Below, one piece after another: positions 60,943 through 64,000 of a DNA stretch of 64,000 bases; the first letter of the stretch is position 1, and each line of letters opens with the position of its first letter. Location: assembly GCA_001179505.1 (NCBI GenBank), contig CDMY01000263.1, positions 1-64,000 of the forward strand, read 5' to 3'. Origin of the DNA: Vitrella brassicaformis CCMP3155. Taxonomy: Eukaryota; Protista; Chromerida. The notes beneath the pieces were generated by a model that made no database searches, was not told the DNA's origin, and saw only the letters and a program-made list of their open reading frames with translations. The position numbers and the translations under genes are program-made.

Positions 60943-61983
60943 ATGACTGAGCTGACAGCGAACAGCGGCACCAAGGACAGAGATCCGCTGCAGGAGCTCA
61001 ACGAGTACAGACGACAGCATCAACAGAAATATCAGGAGCGGCTGGAGCAGGAGGAAAAGCTCCAGAAGCAGGCCGAAGATGAGGCAGTCGCCCGCAAGTA
61101 TCAAGAGGAGGAGGAGAGAATGCTGCAGCAGCAGCACATGTCAGATGCCGAGTACAGCAGACAGGTCGGTGGGTGGGTGGGACGGACATGTCCAACCAAG
61201 TCTTTCTGGTCTGCTTGCGTTTGTTCATTGCGTTTTGCTGTGTTTGTGTGAGTGTGTGTGTGCAGTTGTTTGAGCAGGTGAATCAGATGCCGGCCCCGCC
61301 GATAGAGGGCCTCAACCACTCAGATGCCCATCAGTACCACGCCCAGTATGACCCCGCCGTGGCTGACGAGGGGGACGAGTAAGCAGCCAAGCAAGGAGAA
61401 CGAAGGCACACTCCGTGCTGAGCACGAGCTGATTGTGTGTCGTGCAGTGTTCGTTCGCCGATGCGCAGCGGCTACGTGGATCGTTTGCTCGACCCCGAGC
61501 CCCCTTTGTTTTATGCCGGCACACGAGGCCTCAATGAAGGCAGCATGAGGCTACTCGACGCACAGGTCAGCCACCCAGCCAGCCACCGAAACACAAAGCT
61601 GGCTGTTCACCTACACACCAATGAAGGGTGTGTGCCGTGTGGGGCATGGCGGCAGGGTGACGTAGAGAGGGGTCGGCTGTGGCGTCCGCTCCCCAGATGT
61701 ATCGAAGACGCCGTATCTGACGAGCAAGACAGGTAGTGGGGCATGGCATACAGGCAGACAGACCGACAGACCGGTACAGAGGGACAGATGAGATGCAACG
61801 CCGGCCGGTGCCGTGGGTTGCTTGCGTTATGTGCTCTTGTGCAGGCGGACAGGTTGGCGGTGTGGGTCATGTTGGTGCACTCGGAACACGGTGCTTCTGT
61901 ACATGGTGGTGTCATCGCTGCTGTCGCTCATGGTGGTGCTTCTCCTACTCAAGCTGCGACCAGACGGGCCGCCAGCCACGTGA
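60943..61983 (+). CDS. Tail-anchored membrane protein with coiled coil and MIU-like motifs
   Basis: EDEAVARKYQEEEE and SDAEYSRQL motifs. The last exon, in the phase set by the upstream donor, gives GWRCGSCWC-TRN-TVLLYMVVSSLLSLMVVLLLL-KLR and a short tail. Confidence 0.65.
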
Positions 61984-62378
61984 GTGAATCGATCGTGCGG
62001 ATGAAGGAAGATGCAGACAGACGATGCCGACCGACGGGTAGTGAGGTAGCTGATGTACGTACATATGGGCGGGGCGGTGGGCTGGGTTGTTTTTGTGTGG
62101 GGCTGGCGGGAGGGACAGTGACAGACAGCCACGGGTGGGGTGGGTCGGGCCGTAGAATGAATGAATGAATGAATCATGCAGGGAAGACTGGATGGATACA
62201 TACCTGCCTCTCGGCGAGACAGGCTGTGTTTTCTTGTCACTCACTGGCAGAAAGTCGGTATGTATGGTTGCACGTGGTCTCCGTGCGTGGACGTCTGTCT
62301 GTCTGACTGTCTGTCTGTCTGTCCGTCTGTCTGTCTGCCCGTGTGTCGGTCGCTGTGTCGCTGTGTTTGGTGGAGTTC

Positions 62379-64000
62379 TTAGACACGGATAATGTCTAAG
62401 AACTCGCCTCCCTCATCACTCAATGCTGTGATGTGACAGCAAAACGCACACACAACAGATAGACGCCCATGCACCCATCCATCCATCGGTCATGATGTGA
62501 GTGGCCACACCTGACCTGAGAATGTCGAAATCGTCTGCCATTTCGTCTTGATCTCTGCGAGAAGGGAAAGACCGTGACGCACCTGAACTCACAATACACA
62601 CGAACGACCAATGTACAATCCACCAACCCACCACCCTTGATGCTGTGCATTAGCGGGCCATCGCCCTCGCCCTCACTTCTCATGAGATGGTGTGGGCCCC
62701 TGCGCTGCTTGTCGTTCGTGTCGGGTGAGCTGTGCCTGGCATAATGCTGCTGGCTGCCCGGCACATGATCTTGCCGCCGCACCCCATGCTGGGGCTCGGG
62801 CTGCTGCTGCTGCTGCTGCTGCGCGACGGGTGGGGGGCCCATGGTGCGGCGCTGCTGGTAGCTCGACTGTGGCTGTGGCTGTGCTTCCATGGCATCGTCA
62901 TCGCCACTGCCCGTGTGGTTGTGGTCGACAGAAACCGGTCTGGTGCCAATGGGTGTGGGATTGCCGGCAGGATGCAGCAAGGAGGAGGCCTTCTCGTCAC
63001 TGCTCATGGGGTGATCGTGGCTCTCGTCGCTTCTTTTCTTGTGCGATGATGTGCGGGGCGACTGCAGGTCATCATCGGGCATCTCGCTGTCGGCCGCCAC
63101 CGATGGACATGCCGCCATGGCAGCCTCGCGGATCACCTGCTTGACCGATGACATGTCCTGGATACGGAGAGACACACAGGGCAGGGGAGTGGAGACACTG
63201 CTTGCCTTGCCAGTGGCTTGGAGGGTGATGATAAAGTGGGTGCATAGCATACGGGCAGCTTTGTGAAGTCTGTGTCGCGGAATGTCTTGACAAGGTTGTT
63301 GTACACCTGGGCCCTGCAGGCCAGGCAGACACGCACATGCACATGCAGAAGCAAGATTAACGCTCCATTTCGTTTGTTGGGCTGTGTGTGTGTGTGCGTA
63401 CCTCACCTTCGTTTCTGTTGCTGGACGAGTTCGGGCTGTTGCTCTTGGCCAAGTCGCTTGATGGGCCGGCCGCAGAGAAAAGATTCCTTGATCTCACGAG
63501 CCCTGACACACACAGGCAGCCCTGTTGTGTTGTGAGGTGGCCTGTCTGTCCGTCTCCTTGCCTGATTATGGCAGCAGAGGAGATGCCCTCACGCTCGGCA
63601 CACAACAAACCCTGACACACACACACAGATGTGCAATGCACCCACCATTCAGGGAACCTGTGTCTCGTGTGCGTGCATACCAGTGATGTGGATGCTTCCT
63701 CTGTCCATGGTTTCAGGTCGAAGAGGAACACACAGTCGCTGCGCTGCTCGTCGCAGTGCACTCGCATCGCATACACACGAAGGAACGACGGCAGCGGCTC
63801 ACCCAACTGCAGAATGGATTGCACAAAGGATGCACTGTCTGGGTGACACTGGTGGCATCACGCCCATACACCCCACCAGTTTCTGCTTGAGAATCTCGTG
63901 GTAGTGCGATGTGGCCAACACCTTCAGACTGGTTGCAGACAGCTCTTGCTGCACAGACACACGCGCACAAATAAACACCAGACACCAACAATGTGCAACG
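62379..64000 (-). CDS. Hypothetical protein, 3' part (5' end outside the window)
   Basis: Several GT-AG-joined exons (LGEPLPSFLRVYAMRVHCD, VYNNLVKTFRDTDFTKLPVCYAP) and a low-complexity Q/S/H-rich region. No family was recognised. Confidence 0.6.

Noticed and set aside
1-64000. CRISPR array, tRNA or rRNA genes
   Set aside because: The only periodic sequences are 2-4 nt microsatellites and a few two-copy duplications. No repeat-spacer pattern or RNA-gene consensus was seen by eye.

Overview
Intron-rich, GC-rich eukaryotic genomic DNA. The (GT)n/(CTGT)n/(CATC)n-filled introns, the lineage-specific F-box/LRR-like families and the alveolate-type gene content suggest the chromerid Vitrella brassicaformis (inference, no database search). 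I reconstruct about 21 protein-coding loci by joining exons by eye, so coordinates are gene spans and splice sites are approximate. In order: a truncated kinase-like gene, a cytochrome P450, NPRL2, a coiled-coil membrane protein, a P4-ATPase flippase, a BTB plus 2xTLDc protein, a class-V PLP lyase, a Vitrella-family protein, MCM10-like, a catalytically dead calpain, two unknown membrane proteins, a second Vitrella-family protein, ethanolamine kinase, a small membrane protein, a degenerate ATP-grasp-like protein, a protein with about 11 MATH-like repeats, a STE11-type MAP3K, a 3xCCCH protein, a tail-anchored MIU-like protein and a truncated hypothetical gene. No rRNA, tRNA, CRISPR or transposase was recognised. 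Main highlights: (1) two head-to-tail units at 30.85-39.5 kb bounded by the same non-coding end repeats (B...A B...A) but carrying unrelated genes; (2) a 6.5 kb exon-modular poly-MATH gene; (3) a recurring promoter motif AAGCTCGCA in short head-to-head intergenic gaps; (4) a calpain lacking all three catalytic residues and ending in a CaaX-like tail; (5) MCM10 with a TFIIS-N-like domain.
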